From a virus (lineage: Duplodnaviria; Heunggongvirae; Uroviricota; Caudoviricetes; Straboviridae): a DNA stretch of 64,000 nucleotides. Both the position numbers and the translations under genes were made by a program. Of this stretch, positions 19,784 to 29,834 are shown piece after piece. The stretch lies in the IMG/VR virus record IMGVR_UViG_638277085_000001, positions 99,399-163,398 of that record. One strand, written 5' to 3'. The notes under the pieces are model-generated. The model had not been told where the DNA came from, made no database searches, and saw only the letters and a program-made list of their open reading frames with translations. The stretch's first letter is position 1, and the number at the start of each line of letters is the position of its first letter.

Positions 19784-19933
19784 AAGCAGTATTCACACTA
19801 TCTCGAATAGTAGCAATCTATGCAGCGGGTGTAATGACGCCTGCTCTATACGCAAGCAATCCGTGGACAGTTATCGCACCAGCTATGGTAGTTATCGGAT
19901 TTGGAATTTCACTAATCTCGGATGTAGTATCAA

Positions 19934-20671
19934 ATGAAAAAAACTAAAATCACAGCACAAGTCGGTATGATGTCTCTTTGTGGTGTATCAGGTTCATTTC
20001 CATTCTCACACGGTAATTACTGTAGCAACACACAAGGCTATTACTTTGTCAATCTATGGGCAGAGAATCTTAAACATCTAGTAGCTAACGATTACTTGCC
20101 TGACGGGCAAATCGAAGTGCTACTGTTTAGAGACAATAAGCGCCAGAACTACGTTTATGCCTATGTTATTGACGAGCGTGTGCCGAAAGAAGCACTCCAC
20201 GCGCCATACTTCTGTGGTATTGCGACCTCAGTTGAGATCATGCGCTACCATCATCAAACACCAGACGATAAATGTCTATGCCATTCTGAAGACTACAGAT
20301 TGCTTAGTATGCGTTCGCAAGACATGAAAGGTCGTTCAGTACGTCATTGCCCTGAGTGTGACACTCGCTACACGATTCAGCTACCAAGGCGCAACGATGT
20401 CTTTCGTGTTCAGACGTTCTCCGAGGATGGTTGGCACAAGTGGAATCTGTTCTATCACAAAGACGGTGTTTTCTACACAATTCCCGAAAATGAGCCGGTG
20501 CCTGCCGAAGACATCATCAAGGTCGACGCGAAACCTGTCAATAACTTCGGTACTGGCGAAGAACAGCAAGCGGCAATCTCGCTTGAAGAGTTCAACTTCA
20601 GCGGCGTTGTTGAGAAAGCTGTCCCGAAAATCGAGAATGGTCAGACACGATACGAAGTTGTACAAAAATAG
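19934..20671 (+). CDS. hypothetical protein with zinc ribbon
   Basis: CLC...CPEC motifs. Confidence 0.65.
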   Translation: MKKTKITAQVGMMSLCGVSGSFPFSHGNYCSNTQGYYFVNLWAENLKHLVANDYLPDGQIEVLLFRDNKRQNYVYAYVIDERVPKEALHAPYFCGIATSVEIMRYHHQTPDDKCLCHSEDYRLLSMRSQDMKGRSVRHCPECDTRYTIQLPRRNDVFRVQTFSEDGWHKWNLFYHKDGVFYTIPENEPVPAEDIIKVDAKPVNNFGTGEEQQAAISLEEFNFSGVVEKAVPKIENGQTRYEVVQK

Positions 20672-20727
20672 TACAAAAAATCGGCGTTCCTGCGGAGCTG
20701 AGTGTCTGGCGACACTGTATCAGCTCC

Positions 20728-21063
20728 TTGGGTATTGAGGTACTTATGGTATTCACTGAAGAGCAGCTTGATCAAATCGAGCACAACTACTCGCATATTG
20801 ATACTGTCAATCTTGCAGATAGAAAGGGCGTGCCACAAGCGAAGTATGTCATAGAGATACGACAAGGCACGTATACTAAATTCAAAACATCTTGGTTAAG
20901 TCAAGATTCATGCGAAGAACTAGATATTGACCCAGAGCTAGTCGGCTACTGGATTCTATCTCACGAAATCGACCCTTATTGGTACTCAGTTCAAGAATGT
21001 TTGAAAGAGTATGAATGGGAACGAGCGCACGAAGTAACAGTCACAACATGGGAAGCAATTTAA
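20728..21063 (+). CDS. hypothetical protein
   Basis: Acidic 111 aa; start may be ATG 20746. Confidence 0.6.
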   Translation: MGIEVLMVFTEEQLDQIEHNYSHIDTVNLADRKGVPQAKYVIEIRQGTYTKFKTSWLSQDSCEELDIDPELVGYWILSHEIDPYWYSVQECLKEYEWERAHEVTVTTWEAI

Positions 21064-21437
21064 TGAGCACAAATTCAAGCATTAGCATTACACAAGAAAA
21101 CGGTCATGTTCGTTCAATCTACTGTCATTGGGATGGTGGTATGTGGACGGGTGGCGTAGCTGAAACCCTGATCGAGAACTATCGCACCGAAGCCGAAGTC
21201 AATGCACTGATCGACCAAGGTGGATGTAGCTCACTTGGCGGTACAATCGAAGATAGCGTTTTCTACGCACGTGACCGCGGTGAAGAACTCGAAATCTACA
21301 TCGACAACATCCCCGAGCAAGAATACAACTACATGTTTAAAGACGGAAAATGGTTTGTATGTTGTCCGGAAACGAATTGGGAAGATGTCGTTCTAACAAA
21401 TGAACTTCGTGTTGAACTTGAAAACTATGAAGAGTAG
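21063..21437 (+). CDS. conserved phage hypothetical protein (SIYCHWDG family)
   Basis: RSIYCHWDG motif recalled from many phage proteins. Confidence 0.7.
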   Translation: MSTNSSISITQENGHVRSIYCHWDGGMWTGGVAETLIENYRTEAEVNALIDQGGCSSLGGTIEDSVFYARDRGEELEIYIDNIPEQEYNYMFKDGKWFVCCPETNWEDVVLTNELRVELENYEE

Positions 21438-21439
21438 CC

Positions 21440-21802
21440 ATGCCAGAATACAAACCCGCTGAAACAATCAAAGACTCTGCCGGTCATGAATATCAGATCG
21501 GCGCGTATTATAAAGTTCGTTGCACTGACAATGGCCCATTCGGTTACGGTGAAACTAAAATCGTCCCGATGACAGCAAATTTCGATTTTGCATATCACAC
21601 AGTCGAAGAAGTTCACGGTGTGTTTGGTACAATTCGCAAGCCACCACCGAAACTAATCGAAGGTAGGGCATATATGTTCTACATGTGCGATTCTAACGAG
21701 CGTAGCGTGGGTATATGGGGCGGAATAGACAAAGGCTTTGTATGCGGTCCCGTTAATCTTAAAATGTCTCAAATCGACGCACAGACGCTCTCAGAGGTAT
21801 AG
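21440..21802 (+). CDS. hypothetical protein
   Basis: In gene train. Confidence 0.6.
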   Translation: MPEYKPAETIKDSAGHEYQIGAYYKVRCTDNGPFGYGETKIVPMTANFDFAYHTVEEVHGVFGTIRKPPPKLIEGRAYMFYMCDSNERSVGIWGGIDKGFVCGPVNLKMSQIDAQTLSEV

Positions 21803-21971
21803 ATGAAATGTGAAATCTGCGGACACCCTGACGGGTACAGTGACGGTGTAGGTATGATTCTGTGCAATGACTGCTACAGTTTAGCACGTCGACCATTGAT
21901 TGGTTACACTGAAGAAAGTCAGCCAGTTATCGTGCCACCGTCACTTGTAGACAAAATCAAAAAACTTTTCG

Positions 21972-22021
21972 AAAAGGGTTGACTACGGTCAACCCTTTCT
22001 TGTATTATAGCTTCATCGAAA
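21972..22021 (+). promoter_or_regulatory. sigma70 promoter with -35 in a perfect cUACGg hairpin
   Basis: AAAGGGTTGAC-TACG-GTCAACCCTTT; TTGACT 21979, TATTAT 22003. Confidence 0.9.
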
Positions 22022-22043
22022 CAAAACACGAAAAGAGAACATT

Positions 22044-22334
22044 ATGATTACACTATCTACTAACAAAGAACAACTAGCTATCTTCTGCGTACTTGATTCA
22101 GCACTAAGTGCTCCAATCATGAACTTCGTTGAGACGAAGACAGTTCTAGACATGACTGTGTATCATCTTGTATTATCTCGCGAAGATGTTCTCGCACTAG
22201 CAAAAGCAGTTGAAGCAAGTGACTTTGATCACGAAGATGAGTTCGGTCTTATCTTTAACGAAACAATGTCAGAACTGCTTTTTGAAATCTACGAAGAAAA
22301 CGACACAGAATCTGTTCACGGTATCGCACTATAA
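22044..22334 (+). CDS. hypothetical early protein
   Basis: Conserved leader. Confidence 0.75.
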   Translation: MITLSTNKEQLAIFCVLDSALSAPIMNFVETKTVLDMTVYHLVLSREDVLALAKAVEASDFDHEDEFGLIFNETMSELLFEIYEENDTESVHGIAL

Positions 22335-22344
22335 GGAGCGCATT

Positions 22345-22797
22345 ATGATTTACCCATTATCACCTGTACTTTGGTCTTTTCAAGATGTTGAACGCGAAAC
22401 TGGTCTTCGCATTTGGGAAGAAATGATCCCTAACGTAGAAGGTACTGGCATTCGTCTGTTTGCTGCGAAGTACAATCAATTTGTATTCGACGCTGTTCAC
22501 CCTAGTGTACCGCTGTGCGACCACTTTAACGTACTGCCGCCTCTTGATGCGACAATCAACTTTCATAACAATAGCTATACGATTGTTATCATCACTGAAG
22601 ATTCATTCGATGTGCTTTTCTCAGAGCGTGCAAGCGAACGTACAATTGCAGACGTTGAACGTATCATTAACGATGTCGCCGAGAGTTGGAACGAACATCG
22701 CCTTTGTACTCACGAGCAGCGTTATACAATCGAGTGGTGCAGTGCTATTCAAGACTACATCATTAATACAGTCACGTTTGAACGCAAGTGGGGATAA
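22345..22797 (+). CDS. hypothetical protein
   Basis: AAGGAG RBS before ATG 22345. Confidence 0.7.
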   Translation: MIYPLSPVLWSFQDVERETGLRIWEEMIPNVEGTGIRLFAAKYNQFVFDAVHPSVPLCDHFNVLPPLDATINFHNNSYTIVIITEDSFDVLFSERASERTIADVERIINDVAESWNEHRLCTHEQRYTIEWCSAIQDYIINTVTFERKWG

Positions 22798-22799
22798 TC

Positions 22800-23066
22800 A
22801 TGGAATATATGTCTTTCATTGCATTTGTTGGTTTTGTTGCATATGCAATATACATTCTTGTGAGAAAAGAACCTTGCAAGCACGACTGGATTACTATCAA
22901 AGACGATACGACAAAATCTCGCGGTGAAATATACGGTGAAATGACTGGAAAAGTTCCCTCGCCGCGCAACTCGTATCACATGGAAGAGCTTACAAAGCGC
23001 AAACGTATCATAATTTTAAGCTGCTGCAAGTGCGGTAAGCTAGACAAAACAGTGGAGAATATCTAA
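22800..23066 (+). CDS. membrane-anchored zinc-binding protein
   Basis: N-terminal TM, CKHDW and CCKCG motifs. Confidence 0.6.
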   Translation: MEYMSFIAFVGFVAYAIYILVRKEPCKHDWITIKDDTTKSRGEIYGEMTGKVPSPRNSYHMEELTKRKRIIILSCCKCGKLDKTVENI

Positions 23067-23344
23067 TGCAGTACACACTTGATTTACTCAATGAAAAGCT
23101 TGAATCCCTCAAGTCAGAACAATTCGGTTGGGTTGTTGCATTACCTAAAAAAGAAGGTGATGACATTGCAACTGTTCAGAAAATCATTACTGACATTGCA
23201 GTTCAGATTACATCAATCGAGCACGATATTAAACTCATCGAAGCATCACGAGGTCTAAATGCAAGAGTAGTTAAGCAAATCGTCGATGAACATTACCGCG
23301 AACACTACAAACTTGACGAAAACGACAACTTTATCGGAGATTAA
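23066..23344 (+). CDS. hypothetical protein
   Basis: TAATG-coupled. Confidence 0.6.
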   Translation: MQYTLDLLNEKLESLKSEQFGWVVALPKKEGDDIATVQKIITDIAVQITSIEHDIKLIEASRGLNARVVKQIVDEHYREHYKLDENDNFIGD

Positions 23345-23345
23345 C

Positions 23346-24170
23346 ATGGAAATTGAAATCGAGCGCAAATGGCTAGTCACTGCTGAACAGTATCGTGAAT
23401 TCGTAAACTGGATGCATTATCGCGATAACGGCGCCACTTCAATGAACATCTTTCAGCGTTATTTCAAGAAAGATGAGATCTCATTCGTCGATGGCTCGTT
23501 TTACATCAACAGTCGAGTGAAGGAAGGTCGCGGTTATTTGATTAAAGCACCGAAAGACTGTCCTGATCTAACTGGCGTGAATCTACGCAAGCTAGGTGCG
23601 CGTATGCGACTAACCACGTCTGAAAACTTCATTGACAAGCTTGAATTCACAATCAAGATTCCACACGGTGACGGCATTGCCAAGCGTGAAATCAATATCC
23701 CACTTGAATCTGGTTATGCAGACTTGATCACAGATTCGATTGAGAAAGATGACAAGCTAAATCGCAATACAACCGAAGTCGTCCCGACGGGATTGATTAA
23801 AAAGGTTCGGTGGTCAGGTGAAGTTGACGACGTACATTACGATGCTGACCGTTTCACGAATCGACCTTTTTACATAATCGAAGCTGAATTCAAAGATGAA
23901 GCTGAAGCTGAAGCATTCGTCTCACCTTTTGAGTTCATTCGCGAGGTGACGGAAGACAAGCGATTCAGCAACAAGCGAATGGCATGGAATCACGATGCCG
24001 CCGACGGGTTGGCTAGTAATATTCGTCTTTATGTCGAGAAGCTTGAGAAAGAAGCGAATGCATTGCGAAGTGATACGCTAGTATCAATGCGTGAAAGCGT
24101 AACGAACGAAATCATGGCAGAACGTTACGAGAAAATTGCTCGTGACTTAAAACACATTGTAGGTGCGTAA
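23346..24170 (+). CDS. CYTH-family (adenylate cyclase / triphosphatase-like) protein
   Basis: EIERKWLV, KKVR, IIEAEF, EVTEDKRFSN motifs. Confidence 0.85.
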   Translation: MEIEIERKWLVTAEQYREFVNWMHYRDNGATSMNIFQRYFKKDEISFVDGSFYINSRVKEGRGYLIKAPKDCPDLTGVNLRKLGARMRLTTSENFIDKLEFTIKIPHGDGIAKREINIPLESGYADLITDSIEKDDKLNRNTTEVVPTGLIKKVRWSGEVDDVHYDADRFTNRPFYIIEAEFKDEAEAEAFVSPFEFIREVTEDKRFSNKRMAWNHDAADGLASNIRLYVEKLEKEANALRSDTLVSMRESVTNEIMAERYEKIARDLKHIVGA

Positions 24171-24652
24171 TGAAAGTAATTGCAATTCACATTAACAACT
24201 TAACAACTGGTATGATGTGCGGGTCTCCACTCGCACAAGGTTCTTTCAATCTAATCGTTGATCGTCTACCTAGCGAAGCAGTGTATGAACGACACGGGAG
24301 ATTTCTGATCAGCAACACAGACGGTGTTTGGCGTCACTTTACAATCGGCGAACAAGGCGGTTTTGCAGGTCGTACGTTCAAACTACGCATGAAGGGTGGT
24401 ACTGTATTCAAGAACAAAGGTTATCATTATGAAGAATTCAAAGGTAATCTGTGGGATACTGCTGCTGGATTGCAAAAGTGTATGGAACTTGCTGGCGGTC
24501 CCTTGATGAGCGTTTCATTGCGTAGTTGTCGAGACAATGGCTGTTTCATTGGTGGATATTACTTCAGTCAAGAAGAAGTTCTTTTGAAGTTCAGTCACTT
24601 GATTCGTTTTGCACCTTCGACTCAAAACAGCGCGATTACATTCGGTGAGTAA
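24170..24652 (+). CDS. hypothetical protein
   Basis: TAATG-coupled. Confidence 0.65.
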   Translation: MKVIAIHINNLTTGMMCGSPLAQGSFNLIVDRLPSEAVYERHGRFLISNTDGVWRHFTIGEQGGFAGRTFKLRMKGGTVFKNKGYHYEEFKGNLWDTAAGLQKCMELAGGPLMSVSLRSCRDNGCFIGGYYFSQEEVLLKFSHLIRFAPSTQNSAITFGE

Positions 24653-24654
24653 AA

Positions 24655-25287
24655 ATGAAGATCAATAAATTTCAAGTAGACGGCAAGCCATTCTTGATGA
24701 TTGATGACTTTCTACCTAGTGAAGTTGTTGATGAAATCGAGGACACGTTAAAATCAATCAACGATTGGGATCACGCCGACAACATCTTTGACTTCAATAC
24801 GATTGTCAAAGACAAAACCGCGATACTGCAAGGTGACCAATATCGCTTGCGAACTGGTGTGTTAGCTGAACTTGCCGAATCGACGCTCGACCGAATTCTT
24901 GAAATACTCGAAACTGAATTCGGATGCAAGTACGATAAAGACGTTCTTCGTAAAATCAACGAATGGGAATATGCGTTTCGTTTCAATACATCGTATTATG
25001 AAAAAGTAAACGATGAAATGCTGTTTCATTATGACAGCAAAGGCGTAACATTCATGTATATGCCATGCGACCAGCATGACGACGGTACGTATTTCTTCGC
25101 TGACGGTGATCGTGACAAGCACGTATACACTCTGAAGCATAAGCGCGGGTCAGTTGCGATATTCAATGCAAGTGATATTATGCATTGCAGCGCGAAGCCG
25201 TCACCGCTTGATGACTACCGATACACTATGGTATGGCAGTTTGTATTCCCGTCTCATCTTAAACCAATTAGAGAAGTAATCGCATGA
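24655..25287 (+). CDS. 2OG-Fe(II) oxygenase-like protein (tandem copy 1)
   Basis: LFHYD (HxD), GTYF, IMH, YRYTMVWQ jelly-roll motifs. Confidence 0.75.
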   Translation: MKINKFQVDGKPFLMIDDFLPSEVVDEIEDTLKSINDWDHADNIFDFNTIVKDKTAILQGDQYRLRTGVLAELAESTLDRILEILETEFGCKYDKDVLRKINEWEYAFRFNTSYYEKVNDEMLFHYDSKGVTFMYMPCDQHDDGTYFFADGDRDKHVYTLKHKRGSVAIFNASDIMHCSAKPSPLDDYRYTMVWQFVFPSHLKPIREVIA

Positions 25288-25898
25288 AATACGAAAAACT
25301 TCAAATCGACGGGTGCGCGTTTGTATTGATTGAAGATCTATTGCCAGAAGATTTGGTTGAAAAACTTGATAAAGCAATGAAGAAAGAACTTGCATGGCAA
25401 CACGACGACAACATTTTTAAGTTTTGCCATTACGTTAAAGATCGTTCAGCAACTCTTCAAGGTGATATGTTTGAACTTGCCGATGATCCAGAGTTGACTG
25501 AACTTTCAGAACAGCTACTACAACACGTTTTGGATTTCATCAAAGCTGAGTTCAATCACGAGTTCACGATTGAAGAACTAAAGCCGATATTTTCTCGCGA
25601 ACGAATTCACCGATACAAACCGCATTACTACGACAATGCAAAAGGTAACTTGCTGTATCATAAAGATGCGTGGATGACTATTTTCTACATGCCAGATGCG
25701 TATGCAGATGAAGGCACTCATTTTTATGCAAATGAAGACCCAGAACAGCTTGTTTACACGCTGAAGCACAAACGTGGTATGATTGCGTTATTCAACGGTG
25801 ACATTCTACACGCACCAGCTAAGATGTCAGAAACAGACACAAATAGAATTGTGTTGACTATGCAATATCATACTCATATTCAAGACATAATCTCATAG
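25284..25898 (+). CDS. 2OG-Fe(II) oxygenase-like protein (tandem copy 2)
   Basis: YHKD, GTHF, ILH, NRIVLTMQ; shares VYTLKHKRG with copy 1. Confidence 0.75.
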   Translation: MKYEKLQIDGCAFVLIEDLLPEDLVEKLDKAMKKELAWQHDDNIFKFCHYVKDRSATLQGDMFELADDPELTELSEQLLQHVLDFIKAEFNHEFTIEELKPIFSRERIHRYKPHYYDNAKGNLLYHKDAWMTIFYMPDAYADEGTHFYANEDPEQLVYTLKHKRGMIALFNGDILHAPAKMSETDTNRIVLTMQYHTHIQDIIS

Positions 25899-25905
25899 GT
25901 GAAAC

Positions 25906-26433
25906 ATGGACAGTCACAGAGCAGAAATCATCCGTTTGAAACGACGTGTGTCTAAGCTAGAAGAATTGGTGAAAACTCTCATGAATCGTGACGTTACACC
26001 CCGTAACGTTTTCGATGAAGAAGACGAGCACATTTCATTACATCCCGTTGATGACACATTCGATATGTTTCGAATCAAGCGTGAGCTATTGCAAGCAATG
26101 TCTCAACAATCTGTGCGTTATCTCGACATTACGTTCGAGAATTATCCTGACGTAGCACGACACAAAGTGTATCAGAATCATCTAATGCAAGATGTCGGTA
26201 TGTCAGATGCCGACCGCAAGAAACTTGCAAAGACTCGTTACATGATTGCCGATGAAATGTCAGTGGGTGATGAGTTCGAATGTCCTGGATGTGGTGAGAA
26301 AGTCATTAAGAAATCTTACCAGCATCGTTTCTGTGGTGTGAAGAAACAAGGTCAGAGCAATTGCAAAGATTTTATAAACAATTGGTTTAACCCAAAGCGT
26401 TTAGAACGCACACTTGAATGGCTTGAAAAATGA
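25906..26433 (+). CDS. hypothetical zinc-ribbon protein
   Basis: CPGC...FC...C motif. Confidence 0.7.
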   Translation: MDSHRAEIIRLKRRVSKLEELVKTLMNRDVTPRNVFDEEDEHISLHPVDDTFDMFRIKRELLQAMSQQSVRYLDITFENYPDVARHKVYQNHLMQDVGMSDADRKKLAKTRYMIADEMSVGDEFECPGCGEKVIKKSYQHRFCGVKKQGQSNCKDFINNWFNPKRLERTLEWLEK

Positions 26434-26678
26434 AGACAAGAATAGTAAGATTCGAAGACGGTACGGGAAAATCACTGTATCGCATACAGTTCAAGAATTG
26501 GTATTGGCCATTCTGGACATTTTACAAACGAATGAATGATGCAGGAAGTGAAGGCATTGTTGAGTGCGAGACTATTGAAGATGCAATTAAATGTCTTCAA
26601 TGCGACGCTCAACGAGAACTTCACCGTCATCGTGAGTTCAAAGAAGTTGTGGGAAGTTATGATGATCAAATCTGTTAA
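26430..26678 (+). CDS. hypothetical protein
   Basis: ATGA-coupled. Confidence 0.6.
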   Translation: MKTRIVRFEDGTGKSLYRIQFKNWYWPFWTFYKRMNDAGSEGIVECETIEDAIKCLQCDAQRELHRHREFKEVVGSYDDQIC

Positions 26679-27012
26679 AGCTTTATTCAGCAAACGCAAA
26701 TGGAATGTTGTAGGTCGTTCTGAAAATCTCGATTTATGGACAGTGACTACTCGCAGACCACAAGTGAAATGTCGATTACTATTGAAAGAAGATCAGCACG
26801 GGAATCGTGATTATGAACTTGACATGCTCGACGACTCTCCTGTTAATTACAATAGTTCAATTCGCTATTGCATGATTGACCAAATCATCCCGCGTGAATA
26901 CATTCACAAGTTCTTGAAAGGTTGGTCAGTAGACAAAATCAACCGCATTTACGGGAAGACTGTCTTTACCATTGAGAAAACGCCATACGAGTCTTTCAAA
27001 GACTGGCGTTAA
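26659..27012 (+). CDS. hypothetical protein, probable paralogue of 29835-30254
   Basis: KALF...W.V and KCR.....D.H..R motifs shared. Confidence 0.6.
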   Translation: MMIKSVKALFSKRKWNVVGRSENLDLWTVTTRRPQVKCRLLLKEDQHGNRDYELDMLDDSPVNYNSSIRYCMIDQIIPREYIHKFLKGWSVDKINRIYGKTVFTIEKTPYESFKDWR

Positions 27013-27016
27013 TAAA

Positions 27017-27043
27017 AGCCCCTTAATTGGGGCTTTTTTAGGT
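27017..27043 (+). terminator. intrinsic terminator, repeated copy 2
   Basis: Identical 27-mer to 7719-7745. Confidence 0.9.
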
Positions 27044-27068
27044 TTGATGAAAATAATTGAAAAAGTTA

Positions 27069-27113
27069 TTGACGAGTGTTTAGAATTTGCCTAATATGTG
27101 TCTATCGAAACGA
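27069..27113 (+). promoter_or_regulatory. sigma70 early promoter
   Basis: TTGACG 27069, 17 nt, TAATAT 27092, TATCGAAACGA. Confidence 0.85.
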
Positions 27114-27132
27114 AACAACGAAAGAGAAAATT

Positions 27133-27462
27133 ATGACTACAATCACATTTACGAGCGACACTCACTTCGGTCACGCTTCTGTATCATCAAATGATTTAGT
27201 GACTAAGCTGTTCAAAGAGATTCTTCGCAAGAACAACATTAGTTATCGCAAATTGTACCGCGAGAAACGCACGTCAGCGCATCGTAGCAACATTGACGGT
27301 AAGAGCGTACGATTCGTCGGAGTTCGTCATACAATCGCTGAGAAGACGATAGAGAAGGTTCTACGCGAGTTTAACGCTATCATGCCAGATACTTACGTGG
27401 CTGAGTACAACAAGCCATGGTCTCGTTATGCATGTGCATCATTTCAAATTTTTAAGAAGTAG
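27133..27462 (+). CDS. hypothetical basic protein with metallophosphoesterase-like N-terminus
   Basis: FTSDTHFGH followed by unrelated basic sequence. Confidence 0.7.
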   Translation: MTTITFTSDTHFGHASVSSNDLVTKLFKEILRKNNISYRKLYREKRTSAHRSNIDGKSVRFVGVRHTIAEKTIEKVLREFNAIMPDTYVAEYNKPWSRYACASFQIFKK

Positions 27463-27465
27463 ATT

Positions 27466-27813
27466 ATGATTAAAAAAGACGTTAGTCGCCTCACGGTAGG
27501 CGACATCAATTACGACACCGATTGGACGAGTACTATCATCTTAGATGAAGGCGTCTACAAACTTTCAGGTGTTCAAAAAGACGGTGAGAAACTGCCTGAC
27601 TTTGAGCACGAAGAACTTGAGCACGTGATCGCGGTTGTTAATCAATCAATCGCTGATAGAACAAGCGGATCATTCATGCGACAGTTCAATCGCCACATTG
27701 TCATTGAATCGACAAACAGCTTGCTGCATGTTCGCTTAGGTTACGGTTCGTATGATAGTAAATCACCAATGCATTACTTGCACGAGATTAAAATCGAGGT
27801 TAAAAATGACTAA
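27466..27813 (+). CDS. hypothetical protein
   Basis: In gene train. Confidence 0.6.
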   Translation: MIKKDVSRLTVGDINYDTDWTSTIILDEGVYKLSGVQKDGEKLPDFEHEELEHVIAVVNQSIADRTSGSFMRQFNRHIVIESTNSLLHVRLGYGSYDSKSPMHYLHEIKIEVKND

Positions 27814-28240
27814 AGGTTGGTCAGATTACGAGCTTGAAGGTCGCTCAAAACAAGAACCTGTTCGACACAAGATGCAAGATTCAGTCGATGAAATGTGTCG
27901 TATTATGCGAGACGAGCATGATCGTTTCAGCGTCTCAACTCACACGGTTGATTTCGACAATGGGATTGAGTTATGGCGCACCGATATGACTTGCATTTGG
28001 ACTGGTAGAACTACTCAAAAGGTATTCACATGGGAACAAGCAAAACAGCTACGTGATGCATATGACGACGGTATGCAGACTAAGAAGACTAAAGCACAAG
28101 AAGAAATCGAACGCAAATTCTTGCGCAAAAAACAACGTCCTCAAGAGCCAGTAGCTGAGAAAAACAGTGATCGTGGCATTGGCGTTGAAATGGTTGGTAT
28201 TAAGAAGTCAGATAAACGCTGGTGGGAGTTTTGGAAATGA
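27806..28240 (+). CDS. hypothetical protein
   Basis: GAGG RBS; C-terminal KRWWEFWK. Confidence 0.65.
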   Translation: MTKGWSDYELEGRSKQEPVRHKMQDSVDEMCRIMRDEHDRFSVSTHTVDFDNGIELWRTDMTCIWTGRTTQKVFTWEQAKQLRDAYDDGMQTKKTKAQEEIERKFLRKKQRPQEPVAEKNSDRGIGVEMVGIKKSDKRWWEFWK

Positions 28241-28701
28241 AATCACAAGAAGAATTTGCACGTCATGCAATGCGCGTAAGAGCAGCAGTTGGCTTGTTTG
28301 ATACAGACATTAGCTTCCAAGAAGCATTAAACGATGATTTGTCTCATCGTGGTCAGCGTGTCATGTCAGCGTTACCAGACAACATTCAGTTCATGTGGCA
28401 GAAACGCGACGAAATGAACGAAAAGATTTTAGCTGAAATCAGTTGCATCGAAAAGCGCATTGACAAAACGCTATGCGAAATCAACGATCCGTTACATGCA
28501 ATCGGAAAATACGTAGCGAAGAAATCAGGCAAGCCTTTTAAAGGCGGCGAAGATATTGTCAAAGTAACGGGTATTACAAGACACCCTCACGTCGATGGGT
28601 ATGCGTTTACTTACAACTACTCAGAAGAAGACGGTAAATTGGCACAATCATACATTCACACGGCTATGGTAATTATCAACTATTCTAGTTTGAAATTATG
28701 A
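28237..28701 (+). CDS. hypothetical protein
   Basis: ATGA-coupled. Confidence 0.6.
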   Translation: MKSQEEFARHAMRVRAAVGLFDTDISFQEALNDDLSHRGQRVMSALPDNIQFMWQKRDEMNEKILAEISCIEKRIDKTLCEINDPLHAIGKYVAKKSGKPFKGGEDIVKVTGITRHPHVDGYAFTYNYSEEDGKLAQSYIHTAMVIINYSSLKL

Positions 28702-29168
28702 TCATTTATGAAAACGGGATCCCCGTCAAGACTCACGAACATCAACCAGAGAGTAAAACAATGTTAGAAAAAGTAAACGAATTTGTAAAAGCAAAGCCAC
28801 TTGTATCACTTGCACTTGCCGTTGCAATCGGTGTAATTGGTACTAAAGTGATTCAATCTGACCCACTTGCTGAAAAACCGCTATTGAAATACCGTGTCGT
28901 GTACGAATACAACAAAGATTACGGTCGTGATTGTGGTGATTTAGGCGACGGTTACTACTGGTACACGCAAGAACTCAACGAAGGCATCATCTTCGATAAC
29001 TGGAAGCCAAGTGGTTGGTGTGCAGAAACTGAATCGGGTGCGCGTGAGTTGGCAGAAAGCGCGATTAAAAAGCGCATCGAGACTGAAAACTCGAAAGCGC
29101 GTGTATATCAAGCATGGGCAACTAAGGAAGACTCGGTACGTTTCGAGCCTCTAAAGGTGACTGAATGA
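28698..29168 (+). CDS. membrane-anchored hypothetical protein
   Basis: Single TM segment. Confidence 0.6.
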   Translation: MIIYENGIPVKTHEHQPESKTMLEKVNEFVKAKPLVSLALAVAIGVIGTKVIQSDPLAEKPLLKYRVVYEYNKDYGRDCGDLGDGYYWYTQELNEGIIFDNWKPSGWCAETESGARELAESAIKKRIETENSKARVYQAWATKEDSVRFEPLKVTE

Positions 29169-29494
29169 TCTCACTAGGTACATTGATTGCACTGTTCGCA
29201 GTGCATTTCATTGCAGATTTCTTCGTACAAACTGAACATCAAGCAATGAACAAGAGCAAAGACATCTGGCCATTAGCTAGACACTGCCTAACATACGCAC
29301 TGTGCTTCTTGCCATTTGGTATCCTGTTCGCAATCGTAACTGGTATACTGCACATGGTTGTCGATTACATGACTTCAAGGATGACAAGCTCACTTTGGGC
29401 GAAAGGTGAAACTCGTAAGTTCTTCCAAGTCATCGGGTTCGATCAGTTCTTACATGCAGTTAGTTTAGTAACGATGTACGTAATTTTGAATTAA
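29165..29494 (+). CDS. DUF3307-like membrane protein
   Basis: HFIADF..Q, H...H...D and DQFLH motifs. Confidence 0.75.
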   Translation: MISLGTLIALFAVHFIADFFVQTEHQAMNKSKDIWPLARHCLTYALCFLPFGILFAIVTGILHMVVDYMTSRMTSSLWAKGETRKFFQVIGFDQFLHAVSLVTMYVILN

Positions 29495-29500
29495 TTAAAG

Positions 29501-29547
29501 AAAAGTGGTTGCTCTATGCAGCCACTTTCTGTATTATAGCTACATCA
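29501..29547 (+). promoter_or_regulatory. sigma70 promoter with -35 in a terminator hairpin
   Basis: AAAGTGGTTGC-TCTAT-GCAGCCACTTT; TTGCTC 29509, 17 nt, TATTAT 29532. Confidence 0.85.
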
Positions 29548-29576
29548 AGTGACGAGTTAAACAAAAAGAGAACATT

Positions 29577-29825
29577 ATGAAAATCAATCTTCGCAAACTT
29601 CTAATGTGGTGGGACGAAAACGAACAAGTTGCTGGCGAGTTCACGAACTTCGTGCTTGAGTATGCAATGAAAGCTGGTAGTGACAACTTCATTTCAGATT
29701 ATGCAACTTATCTTCGTGATTCTGGCAAGTACACTGTGCCAAATCTAGCTGACTTAGAATCTCTTCTTCGTCATGCGGGATTGAAATCCGAGTTTGATGG
29801 CCGCCACACTCGAATCGTTCTATAA
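29577..29825 (+). CDS. hypothetical early protein
   Basis: Conserved leader. Confidence 0.75.
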   Translation: MKINLRKLLMWWDENEQVAGEFTNFVLEYAMKAGSDNFISDYATYLRDSGKYTVPNLADLESLLRHAGLKSEFDGRHTRIVL

Positions 29826-29834
29826 GAGGTCAAT

